A DNA stretch of 64,000 bases from an uncultured Candidatus Saccharibacteria bacterium (lineage in GTDB: Bacteria; Patescibacteriota; Andersenbacteria; UBA10190). The translations under genes and the position numbers were made by a program. The DNA lies in NCBI GenBank assembly GCA_964610055.1, contig CAZSUC010000001.1, positions 6,021 through 70,020 on the forward strand. The letters run 5' to 3'. Positions 19,541-27,664 of the stretch are shown here, one piece after another. Below the pieces are notes generated by a model. That model saw only the letters and a list, made by a program, of their open reading frames with translations. It did not search any database and had not been told where the DNA came from. Positions within the stretch are counted from its first letter, which is position 1. Each line of letters starts with the position of its first letter.

Positions 19541-19864
19541 ATGCTTATCACATCCACCCCTACCGTCGCTAATCATGACATTACCGCAACGCTAGGACTT
19601 GTTCGTGGCAGTACTATTCGCGCTAAACACATTGGCAAAGATATTATCGCCGGACTGCGCACAATTATTGGCGGTGAAATAGTCGAGTACACCGAAGCTA
19701 TGCAAGAAGCGCGGGATCAAGCTACACAACGCATGATAGCCGAAGCAGAAACATTGCATGCCGATGCTATCGTCAGCGTCCATTACACCACTTCCCAAGT
19801 TATGACCGGCGCAGCCGAATTACTTGTTTACGGTACTGCCGTTACTCTCAAAAAACGCGCCTAA
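19541..19864 (+). CDS. YbjQ/UPF0145 family protein
   Basis: LGLVRG...GKDI.AGLR.IIGGE..EY...AR..A..RM...ADAIV...ELLVYGTAV. Confidence 0.95.
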   Translation: MLITSTPTVANHDITATLGLVRGSTIRAKHIGKDIIAGLRTIIGGEIVEYTEAMQEARDQATQRMIAEAETLHADAIVSVHYTTSQVMTGAAELLVYGTAVTLKKRA

Positions 19865-19865
19865 C

Positions 19866-20591
19866 ATGGAACTGCTTTTTCTCGATACCGAAACCACCGG
19901 CAACGATATTAAGAATGATCGTTTATGCCAGGTCAGTTATCAGACTCAAGCCGGCATTAGAACAGAACTATTCCAACCGCCTCTGCCAATCTCAGTTAAA
20001 GCAATGAGCATCACCCATATTACAAACGATATGGTTGCTGACAAACCATCTTTTGCTCACAGCCCCATGTACTCTGAACTTGAACAGTTGCTCACTGATC
20101 ATATTCTCGTTGCTCATAATGCTCCGTTTGATGTTGCCATGCTTACCGCTGAAGGACTACGCATCCCAACTTATATCTGCACTCTGCGCCTCGTTTCTTT
20201 CCTAGATGAAGACGGCGAAATCCCAGAATATAACCTGCAATACCTACGCTATTTCCTTAATCTAAATGTTGCTAACGCTCACGCGCATGATGCTGAAGGT
20301 GATGTTCTTGTGTTAACCGCCCTTTTTCAACACTTAATGACAAAAATGCTCTCTCGAGTTTCTGATCCAAATGAGGCCTTGGCCCAAATGATTCAAATTT
20401 CACAACAACCTTTCCTGCGCCGTACCTTCAAATTTGGCAAATATCGCGGTGCTAAAATCGCTGACATTGCTCAACAAGACCCCGGCTACCTCGAATGGCT
20501 ACTTCAGCAAAAAATGGCTGACGGTGACCCCAACGATCCCGACACTGAAACATGGATTTATTCTCTTAAGCACCATCTCGGTCGCTCTTAA
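19866..20591 (+). CDS. DEDDh 3'-5' exonuclease with an ExoX-like C-terminal domain
   Basis: FLDTETTG, VAHNAPFD, AHDAEGDV, FKFGKYRG...DPGYLEWL; start placed at MELLF. Confidence 0.93.
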   Translation: MELLFLDTETTGNDIKNDRLCQVSYQTQAGIRTELFQPPLPISVKAMSITHITNDMVADKPSFAHSPMYSELEQLLTDHILVAHNAPFDVAMLTAEGLRIPTYICTLRLVSFLDEDGEIPEYNLQYLRYFLNLNVANAHAHDAEGDVLVLTALFQHLMTKMLSRVSDPNEALAQMIQISQQPFLRRTFKFGKYRGAKIADIAQQDPGYLEWLLQQKMADGDPNDPDTETWIYSLKHHLGRS

Positions 20592-20667
20592 TCTCAACTT
20601 GACGAATAAGCTTAAAAGCCTAAGCTAAACCCATCCTGGTTCTTTACTTTCTCAAGGAGAGAGACCG

Positions 20668-20934
20668 ATGCAAGCAGAACTGGCTGAAATCATGTCCGTA
20701 TCTTTTGTCCTGGCCAAGCTCATGGTTACCGCTCTCTGCATTGGCCTCCTCGGAGCCATGGCCTCTTACTTTTTCTCCTGGGCCAAGATCCGAAAACGGC
20801 CACATCGTTTCGTTTTATCCACCGAGGCAGTTCATCGCACCTATACCCGGGAAATCAAGCTTAATTGCCTCTTTTCCGGATTCGCCTGCTTCGCAATCAG
20901 CTTGTTATTTCTCATCAGGTTCTACCTGAAATAA
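20668..20934 (+). CDS. 88-aa 2-TM orphan protein in a self-contained cassette
   Basis: TTGACG-16-TAAGCT promoter, AAGGAG SD, two hydrophobic segments, downstream terminator. Confidence 0.6.
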   Translation: MQAELAEIMSVSFVLAKLMVTALCIGLLGAMASYFFSWAKIRKRPHRFVLSTEAVHRTYTREIKLNCLFSGFACFAISLLFLIRFYLK

Positions 20935-20961
20935 CACGCTCATGTGCCTGCTCGTCAATTC

Positions 20962-20986
20962 ACCCGCCAATCACGGCGGGTTTTCT
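20962..20986 (+). terminator. intrinsic terminator
   Basis: ACCCGCC-aatcac-GGCGGGT followed by TTTCTT. Confidence 0.8.
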
Positions 20987-21834
20987 TACTTTAATTGCAT
21001 CTCAGTTACTAGTCGCTGCGCTTCAGCCTGAATTTTAGCCACAACTTGATCGCTGAACTCTGCCTTTTGTTTCAGCTTATCTGCCGGCATTTCTGCTGCC
21101 TGCGTTACTAAAACAATCCCTTGAGCGCTCATTGCTTGCCATTCCGCACTACCAACTGCCTCCAACACCGTTACCGGATACAACCCTTTTGTTTCAATAA
21201 TTTGCGCTAAATTTCCTCGATCCGGATATCGCCAAGCAATAATTTTCATCCCCACACATTTACCATACGCCGCCGCATCAGACGTCACTTTTGTATTTGT
21301 CACCACCCATGCTCGGTAATTCCTTCCGTCCGTCTGCGCAATATCTAAATACCGCGCGTAAGCCGCTAAAGTTACCTTTACATCCGAACGCGTTCCGGAT
21401 TGGTTGTGATATTTACATTCAATTAAATTACGTCTATCGCCTTTATCCGCCACCACATCAACTTCGTGCTGCACACATTCACCTGCTACCAATTGGCTCA
21501 CTTTCACCTTATACCCATAAAACCGTAATACTGCTCCAATATACTGCTCAAACGGATAGCCACTCGGACCCATTCTCATCATTGCTTTCTTTAAAGAATA
21601 TCGAGCGGCTAAAACCGGTTGTTCTCGCTTTAATTCCGCAAATGTCGCCTCATATACTTCACTCGAAGTCACACTTGCCCCTAGAGCTTTCTCTACTTTT
21701 TTCGCCGTACTCCGTGCTAAAGCCTCGCTTACCCCCGCCCGCTCCAAAGAAGAGACGATTTTGTTAGCATTAAAATTTTCTTCAACTCCGCTTGCTTTCC
21801 GTACTCTTGGCTCCATACCCATATACCTTCCCAT
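20986..21834 (-). CDS. ATP-cone domain fused to an Mrr-like PD-(D/E)xK endonuclease
   Basis: VRKASG..E.F...KI..SL..AG ATP cone; GPSGYPFEQY; HEVDVVA...IECKYH; VVTNT. Confidence 0.88.
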   Translation of the reverse strand: MGRYMGMEPRVRKASGVEENFNANKIVSSLERAGVSEALARSTAKKVEKALGASVTSSEVYEATFAELKREQPVLAARYSLKKAMMRMGPSGYPFEQYIGAVLRFYGYKVKVSQLVAGECVQHEVDVVADKGDRRNLIECKYHNQSGTRSDVKVTLAAYARYLDIAQTDGRNYRAWVVTNTKVTSDAAAYGKCVGMKIIAWRYPDRGNLAQIIETKGLYPVTVLEAVGSAEWQAMSAQGIVLVTQAAEMPADKLKQKAEFSDQVVAKIQAEAQRLVTEMQLK

Positions 21835-21864
21835 ACTTGCCTCAAAAATTCCATTCCTTTACTC

Positions 21865-21909
21865 TTGACACCTTCATTCTTCAAATATATATTTAAGTAA
21901 TTAGTTAAA
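21865..21909 (+). promoter_or_regulatory. promoter of arsR-grx-gdh with an overlapping inverted repeat (candidate ArsR operator)
   Basis: TTGACA-17-TATATT; TTTAA-gtaattag-TTAAA across the -10/TSS. Confidence 0.6.
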
Positions 21910-21922
21910 CTATTAAACATTC

Positions 21923-22207
21923 ATGTCACCCTCACAACCACCTTTAGCCGACATTTTTGCTGCCTTAGCTGACACTACCAGACTTCAAATTTATCGCCGT
22001 CTTTTACGTCAACGTAATATCTGTGTCAGTGATTTAGCTGTCACTGCCGGCATTTCTGTTCCCGCTGCTTCCCAGCATCTCCAAATTTTAGAACGAGCTG
22101 GATTTATTACCCGCCAACGCCAGGGTCAAAAAGTATGCTACTGCACACATACTAATACTGCCCTCGTGCGCGCTTTAACTAAGTTAATTAAAGAATATAA
22201 ACCTTAA
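21923..22207 (+). CDS. ArsR/SmtB family transcriptional regulator
   Basis: FAALADTTRLQI...CVSDLA...S.PAASQHL..L..AG.I...RQG. Confidence 0.93.
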   Translation: MSPSQPPLADIFAALADTTRLQIYRRLLRQRNICVSDLAVTAGISVPAASQHLQILERAGFITRQRQGQKVCYCTHTNTALVRALTKLIKEYKP

Positions 22208-22217
22208 CTAAATCATT

Positions 22218-22451
22218 ATGAACAACGTTACTATCTACACCACGCCTACTTGCGGTTATTGCCACATGGCCAAAGAATTTTTGAACTCACATAATATCGC
22301 TTTCACGGAAAAAGATGTGTCTCAAGATCAAGCCGCTGTCCAAGAAATGATGACTAAAAGCGGACAAATGGGAGTCCCTGTGATTGATGTTAACGGTCAA
22401 ATCATTATTGGTTTTGATCAAGTCCGCCTCATTCAAGCCCTGTCCGTATAA
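22218..22451 (+). CDS. glutaredoxin/NrdH-like redoxin
   Basis: YTTPTCGYC, SGQMGVPVI, IIGFD. Confidence 0.95.
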   Translation: MNNVTIYTTPTCGYCHMAKEFLNSHNIAFTEKDVSQDQAAVQEMMTKSGQMGVPVIDVNGQIIIGFDQVRLIQALSV

Positions 22452-22459
22452 TTACATAA

Positions 22460-23800
22460 ATGTCTGCGTCTATTTCTAGTCCGTTCGAACGGACTCTGCA
22501 TCAGGTTGGCCGTAAAATGCAGGCTCACCCTGACATCCTGACCCTTCTCTCTCGTCCTCAAAAAGTGATTCAGTTAGAAATCCCTTTACTACGCGATAAC
22601 GGCCACCTTGAAATCTTTCATGGCTATCGCGTCCAACATAACAATGCCCGCGGACCTTTTAAAGGCGGTATTCGCTTTCATCCGAATGTCGACGAAAACG
22701 AAATTAGAATGTTAGCTGCTTGGATGACCATCAAAACCGCTGTCGTCAATATTCCCTATGGCGGTGCTAAAGGCGGAATCGCTGTCGATCCTCGTACTCT
22801 TAGCGACCGAGAACTACAACAACTTTCTCGTCGCTTTATCGAACGCCTCGGCACTAACATTGGTCCACATACTGATATTCCCGCCCCTGATATGAACACC
22901 AACGACCAAATCATGGCCTGGTTCACGGATGAATATTCTCGTCTTAATGCGGATCATCAGTCCGCCCTCGCAACTTTCACCGGCAAACCTATTTCGCTCG
23001 GCGGTAGTTTAGGCCGCGATGCCGCAACTGGCCGCGGTGGACTTTTCGCCTTACAAACTTATCTCTCCAGTCATCAGTCTCAGTTTAAACATCGTCCCCT
23101 AACTGTGGCCGTTCAAGGTTTTGGTAATGTCGGTTCTCATTTTGCTCGCCTCGCTGACGAAGCTGGCTTCAAAGTTATTGCTATCTCCGATGTCGATGGC
23201 GGTATTTATCATCCTGATGGTCTTGATATTTCCGCTACCATCACCGCTCAAGCAGCCGGCGGAAAACTAACTCGTAATATTTGTTATCCCAAACTCAGCT
23301 TAAACGAAGCAAGCCAATCTAACGCCGCATGTCGCCCTATTACCAACCAAGAATTGCTTGAATTAGATGTCGATATTCTTGTCCCGGCCGCAATTGAAAA
23401 TCAAATTACTGCTGCTAATGTCAATCAAATCAAAGCTCGTTTAATTCTTGAACTTGCAAACGGACCCATCACACCAGACGCCGATATTGTTCTTAATCGC
23501 CGTCACATTCCTGTCATTCCAGACGTTCTGGCTAATGCCGGTGGAGTTACGGTTAGTTATTACGAATGGACTCAAAATCTACAAAATCTTTACTGGACTG
23601 AAACAGAAGTTAACCAAAAACTTCATCACACTCTAACTACCGCTACCCAACAAGTTATTCATTTAACTCAACAATATCACTGCACCTTACGTGAAGCGGC
23701 CTATCGAGTCGCCTTAGAACGGCTGCAAGAAACTATGTTGCTCCGTGGTTGGGCCAATCCACGTCACACTGATACCGTTGGTCACGTACATCATCGCTAA
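22460..23800 (+). CDS. gdhA: Glu/Leu/Phe/Val dehydrogenase (glutamate dehydrogenase)
   Basis: GPFKGGIRFHP, GGAKGG, DIPAPD, QGFGNVG, ELANGP, NAGGVTVSYYEW. Confidence 0.93.
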   Translation: MSASISSPFERTLHQVGRKMQAHPDILTLLSRPQKVIQLEIPLLRDNGHLEIFHGYRVQHNNARGPFKGGIRFHPNVDENEIRMLAAWMTIKTAVVNIPYGGAKGGIAVDPRTLSDRELQQLSRRFIERLGTNIGPHTDIPAPDMNTNDQIMAWFTDEYSRLNADHQSALATFTGKPISLGGSLGRDAATGRGGLFALQTYLSSHQSQFKHRPLTVAVQGFGNVGSHFARLADEAGFKVIAISDVDGGIYHPDGLDISATITAQAAGGKLTRNICYPKLSLNEASQSNAACRPITNQELLELDVDILVPAAIENQITAANVNQIKARLILELANGPITPDADIVLNRRHIPVIPDVLANAGGVTVSYYEWTQNLQNLYWTETEVNQKLHHTLTTATQQVIHLTQQYHCTLREAAYRVALERLQETMLLRGWANPRHTDTVGHVHHR

Positions 23801-23870
23801 CTTGCTTGATTTTCTTGTCCCGATCGTTATCTTCGGCTATTCTGCCAATATAATTCGTTAAATATTTTCT

Positions 23871-24821
23871 ATGAACGCCTCTCGTTCTACCCTTTTATTC
23901 ATCCTCACTGCTATCCTCTTGCTTGGCTTAGCCCTATTCGCCGCTAACCACTTCTCCACTTCTTCAAACCAGAGCAATTCCGGTCAATTGCAAATTGCCA
24001 CCACTATCTTCCCTTTGACTGACATCGCTCAGCAAATCGGCGGCGACAACATTGCCATTACTCAACTCCTACCTAGCGGGGCCTCTCCTCACTCTTACAC
24101 CTTAACCCCTCAACAAGTTGCCGATTTAGGCTCCGCTCAAACCCTGTTTATCATTGGTCATAGCCTGGATGATTGGGCTTCTAAACCTGCAACTGCCGCT
24201 GGTATCCCTATTACCACTGTCGATACCGACATTACCCTATTACCCTTTATCGGTGGCCATGACCACGATCACGACACTGATACCGAACACGAAGATGAAG
24301 ACGAAGAAGAATCTTCTGATGGCTTAGATCCACACTATTGGCTTACCGTTCCTAACGGACAGCAAATTGCCCGCAACATTGCCGCTCGTCTTCAAGAACT
24401 CGATCCCGTTCATGCTGATATCTACGCCGCTAACTTATCATCTTATCTCCAACAGTTAGACACCCTGGAAAACGAACTGCAAGACATTACTTCTTCAGCC
24501 ACTCAACCTCATTTCATGACCATTCATAACGCCTGGTCATATTTAGCCAACCAATATCACTTTGAACTTGTTGATACTTACGAACCCGAAGAAGGTCAAT
24601 CGCCAACTCTCGCTGACCTCCAGCACCTTCAAGCTTCTATCAACCAATACGGTCTCAAAACTTTCTACACTGAGCCCCAAAAACAATCCTCCGCTGGTAT
24701 CCGCCTCATTGAGCAAGAACTTGGCCTTTCAATCAAAACTCTTGATCCTCTTGGTGGCATTGAGGATCGTTCCAGCTTCGCCGATCTAATGCGCTATAAC
24801 ATCACACAACTGGCTAACTAG
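23871..24821 (+). CDS. Zn/Mn ABC substrate-binding protein (ZnuA/AdcA family)
   Basis: GASPHSY, His/acidic loop HDHDHDTDTEHEDEDEEE, DPHYWL, HNAWSY, LDPLGG. Confidence 0.94.
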   Translation: MNASRSTLLFILTAILLLGLALFAANHFSTSSNQSNSGQLQIATTIFPLTDIAQQIGGDNIAITQLLPSGASPHSYTLTPQQVADLGSAQTLFIIGHSLDDWASKPATAAGIPITTVDTDITLLPFIGGHDHDHDTDTEHEDEDEEESSDGLDPHYWLTVPNGQQIARNIAARLQELDPVHADIYAANLSSYLQQLDTLENELQDITSSATQPHFMTIHNAWSYLANQYHFELVDTYEPEEGQSPTLADLQHLQASINQYGLKTFYTEPQKQSSAGIRLIEQELGLSIKTLDPLGGIEDRSSFADLMRYNITQLAN

Positions 24822-24824
24822 CCC

Positions 24825-24853
24825 TTGACCTATCTCTTAAACCCTGATACAGT
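24825..24853 (+). promoter_or_regulatory. promoter of csrA
   Basis: TTGACC-17-TACAGT with an extended TG. Confidence 0.65.
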
Positions 24854-24921
24854 CAGCAGCACTCGTTGTTCATTTTTCTCCCCCCCCCTGATTACGCCAC
24901 CACTGGCGAAAGGAGGCGTCC

Positions 24922-25125
24922 ATGTTGGTTTTGTCTCGCAAAAAGGATGAATGCATCATCATCGGTGATGGTATCATCATCACCGTAGTGGACATCCGAG
25001 GCGACAAAGTTCGCCTCGGCATCACTGCCCCCGCAGAAATCCCGGTACACCGCCGGGAAATCTATGAAGCGATTCAGCGCGAAAACCTTCGTGCTGCGCA
25101 ACAAGACACTGACCTCCAGCCGTAA
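24922..25125 (+). CDS. csrA: carbon storage regulator CsrA/RsmA
   Basis: MLVLSRK..E.I.IGD.I.ITVV.I.G.KVRLGI.AP..IPVHRREIY; AAGGAGG SD. Confidence 0.97.
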   Translation: MLVLSRKKDECIIIGDGIIITVVDIRGDKVRLGITAPAEIPVHRREIYEAIQRENLRAAQQDTDLQP

Positions 25126-25134
25126 GCCACACAC

Positions 25135-25163
25135 AGCGCATCCTCGGATGCGCTTCTTTATTT
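25135..25163 (+). terminator. intrinsic terminator after csrA
   Basis: AGCGCATC-ctcg-GATGCGCT followed by TCTTTATTT. Confidence 0.8.
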
Positions 25164-25165
25164 CC

Positions 25166-26011
25166 CTATTCCCAACTTTTCAGCACCTGATCGTAAATTT
25201 CCGGTGTCGACACATCAAACCATTGCCCAGCAAACGGATATCCTGATAGTACATTTCGCTCTGCCAATTTAGGAAAAACGTCTTTCTCTAAAGCATAGCG
25301 CTTTTTCTCACCCTCACCTTTTGGAATTAGCCCTATCACTTTTTTATCAACCACCGCACATCCCGCAAACACTAAATGTGACACCCCGGGTTTTAATTCC
25401 GGTTTTTCTTTGAACTCCACCACTCGACTACCACGCATCTTAACGGCACCATACGCTGACGGATCTGCCACTGACGACAAAGCTAGTGTCGCCCAGCTTC
25501 CTCCCATTGCCTGATGCGATTCTAATAAATCCGTCACGTCTACATCCATTAACACATCCCCGTACATTAACAAAAACGGCGACTTTTTAATGTAAGCCGC
25601 TGCACTCCGTAACGCCCCTGCTGTCCCCGTTAATCTTTTCTCTTTAATATACTTAATCCTAACCCCAAACCGCGTCCCATCCCCAAAATATTCTTGAATT
25701 TTATTCGCCAAATGACTAACCGTAATGATAATCTCCTGAAATCCATGTGTGCGTAAATTTTCAATTGTATATTCCAACAACGGCTTCCCATGAACCGGAA
25801 TCAACGGCTTTGGCACTTCATACGTAAATGGACGTAATGACACGCCGCGTCCACTCGCCAAAATCACCGCTTGAGTACTATTCGACCGAAACGATTTCGA
25901 TAACACGTATTCCAGCGCGTGTGAACGATTGCGCAATTTCTCACCATCAATCATCTCGTCCAACGAGCGCAATAGATCACGTCTAATTGTTACTGTAATT
26001 CTGGTTCTCAT
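25166..26011 (-). CDS. sugar-phosphate nucleotidyltransferase family protein with an N-terminal ribbon-helix-helix (CopG/NikR-like) domain
   Basis: Start placed at MRTRITVTIRRDLL..LD.......NRSHALE; then ILASGRG..LRP.T...PKPL, GTAGAL, YGD, FKEKP, WFDV. Confidence 0.88.
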   Translation of the reverse strand: MRTRITVTIRRDLLRSLDEMIDGEKLRNRSHALEYVLSKSFRSNSTQAVILASGRGVSLRPFTYEVPKPLIPVHGKPLLEYTIENLRTHGFQEIIITVSHLANKIQEYFGDGTRFGVRIKYIKEKRLTGTAGALRSAAAYIKKSPFLLMYGDVLMDVDVTDLLESHQAMGGSWATLALSSVADPSAYGAVKMRGSRVVEFKEKPELKPGVSHLVFAGCAVVDKKVIGLIPKGEGEKKRYALEKDVFPKLAERNVLSGYPFAGQWFDVSTPEIYDQVLKSWE

Positions 26012-26096
26012 AGACCACTTTGCAAAATAGCTTTCCTCACCCAAAAGTTCAAGCCGTGCTATAATTAGCTTACCATTTTTAATCCACACTAACTTT

Positions 26097-26246
26097 ATGC
26101 CCAAGAAGACTCGCTGTAAACCGAACGCCAAAGGCACAACCACGCATCAACCATCACCGGTTATCGCCTGGTCATTAATCTGTTTTGTTTCCGCCTTAAT
26201 CGCCATTACCGTTTACGTTGGCGTCAATAGCTTAGTCGTTGTTTAA
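26097..26246 (+). CDS. 49-aa single-TM microprotein
   Basis: Hand translation MPKKTRCKPNAKGTTTHQPSPVIAWSLICFVSALIAITVYVGVNSLVVV; TGcTATAAT at 26057-26065. Confidence 0.5.
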   Translation: MPKKTRCKPNAKGTTTHQPSPVIAWSLICFVSALIAITVYVGVNSLVVV

Positions 26247-26253
26247 TACCGGA

Positions 26254-27321
26254 TTACTCCACCGGATCAATATCAATTGTTGTTACAAAGCCGGCATGAT
26301 CATATTCCCATACGATCTCGCCGGTTTTTGGATTAACTTCAATAATCCGCCCACGTCCCGCCTCCGCCACCAATAAATTCCCTGTCGCTAATTTAATTAC
26401 GTCTGATGGATATTTCACTGTACTGCCATCCGCAAACGTATTCCAAGTCCATAATCTCTGACTATTTTGATCTAACTCAAAAATCTCATGTTTTTGCCTG
26501 TCTTCCATAACTAATGTGCCTTCCGGCGTATACCACACATGCTGAATCCATTTCACGTCCGGTACTTCCCACGTATATTCCAATTGATTACTTTCTCGAT
26601 CAACTAAAAATACCTTCTCTTCTAAAGTATCAGTTATTAAAAATTTAGTGTTATTTTCAATCGGCCGCACTGACGTATTTCCGCGCAGCAATCCCGGCCC
26701 GCTTCCCATTTTTTTCGTCACGCCATACTGCCAAACAATTTCATTTGTATTTTGATCTACTATAATCACTCGCCGATTATTGCCATCGTTAATTAACACC
26801 TCATGGTCATTTAATTTCCACGATTTATCCGGCTGATGCAGTTGTCCTCCGGCATAATCTTGCTTGTCTTTTACTCCGTACTGCCAAACCAACTCGTGTT
26901 TTTCTCGGCTAATTTCTTGCACCATCATTCCGTCTCCGTCCGCCACAATCAAATTTCCATTCGGCGCCACAGTTACATATTCAGTATTAGTTGCATAACT
27001 TGCCGTTGGTATCGGCGGACTTCCCATTTGTTGATACCATATCTCTTTCCCAGTTCGATCCACCGCCCCAATTGCATCTCCTTCAAAATCCGAATACCAA
27101 ATCAGCTCAAAATCAGACGGTGCTTCCGTTACTTCTTCTTCCGGCTCACTCAAGCGTGTCACATTCTGAGCTATCGGCAAAAACCTTGTCACCGCCGCCT
27201 CCTTAACCGTTAGTCCTGGCTGTTTTTTCATTTCCCACCCAACCAATCCTATTCCTATTATTACTACCAGCGTTAGCCATAATCCTATCATCAATAACCC
27301 CACACTCAGCCAACGCTTCAT
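26254..27321 (-). CDS. membrane-anchored beta-propeller protein (PQQ-like/arylsulfotransferase-like repeats)
   Basis: N-terminal TM; repeated NGNLIVAD, EIVWQYG, GEIVWEY blades. Confidence 0.8.
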   Translation of the reverse strand: MKRWLSVGLLMIGLWLTLVVIIGIGLVGWEMKKQPGLTVKEAAVTRFLPIAQNVTRLSEPEEEVTEAPSDFELIWYSDFEGDAIGAVDRTGKEIWYQQMGSPPIPTASYATNTEYVTVAPNGNLIVADGDGMMVQEISREKHELVWQYGVKDKQDYAGGQLHQPDKSWKLNDHEVLINDGNNRRVIIVDQNTNEIVWQYGVTKKMGSGPGLLRGNTSVRPIENNTKFLITDTLEEKVFLVDRESNQLEYTWEVPDVKWIQHVWYTPEGTLVMEDRQKHEIFELDQNSQRLWTWNTFADGSTVKYPSDVIKLATGNLLVAEAGRGRIIEVNPKTGEIVWEYDHAGFVTTIDIDPVE

Positions 27322-27335
27322 AAACTATATCCCCC

Positions 27336-27611
27336 TTAAGCTGCCCACCGACCTTGCTGTATATCGTTTCGACCTTGCTTATTCCTTTTCTCAAAAAACT
27401 CGCTAATTTGGTTATTTTTGAAATAAATCAAAAACTGCCGCGCCTCATCTACTGTTAATTGATATTTACGTAAATACCCTAAAAATTCTGGTCTTTGCTC
27501 AGACGTAAGCTCTTGAGCTGTTTGTTCTAAAAACAACTGCTCATTTGGATTTTCGCTTATTGGTATATTCACCAACATATTTGGCTCATGTTCTGTTGTC
27601 ATGTTTCTCAT
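27336..27611 (-). CDS. hypothetical protein
   Basis: 91-aa ORF filling the gap between co-oriented genes. Confidence 0.5.
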   Translation of the reverse strand: MRNMTTEHEPNMLVNIPISENPNEQLFLEQTAQELTSEQRPEFLGYLRKYQLTVDEARQFLIYFKNNQISEFFEKRNKQGRNDIQQGRWAA

Positions 27612-27664
27612 TTAATAATCTTTCTTATAGTGTACTCTCTTCAAACCTGATTCGGCAGTTTTAG

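Noticed and set aside
26012-26143. N-terminal 44-aa extension of the nucleotidyltransferase given in the ORF track
   Set aside because: The RHH domain begins at Met 26011, and the extension overlaps a divergent promoter and small ORF
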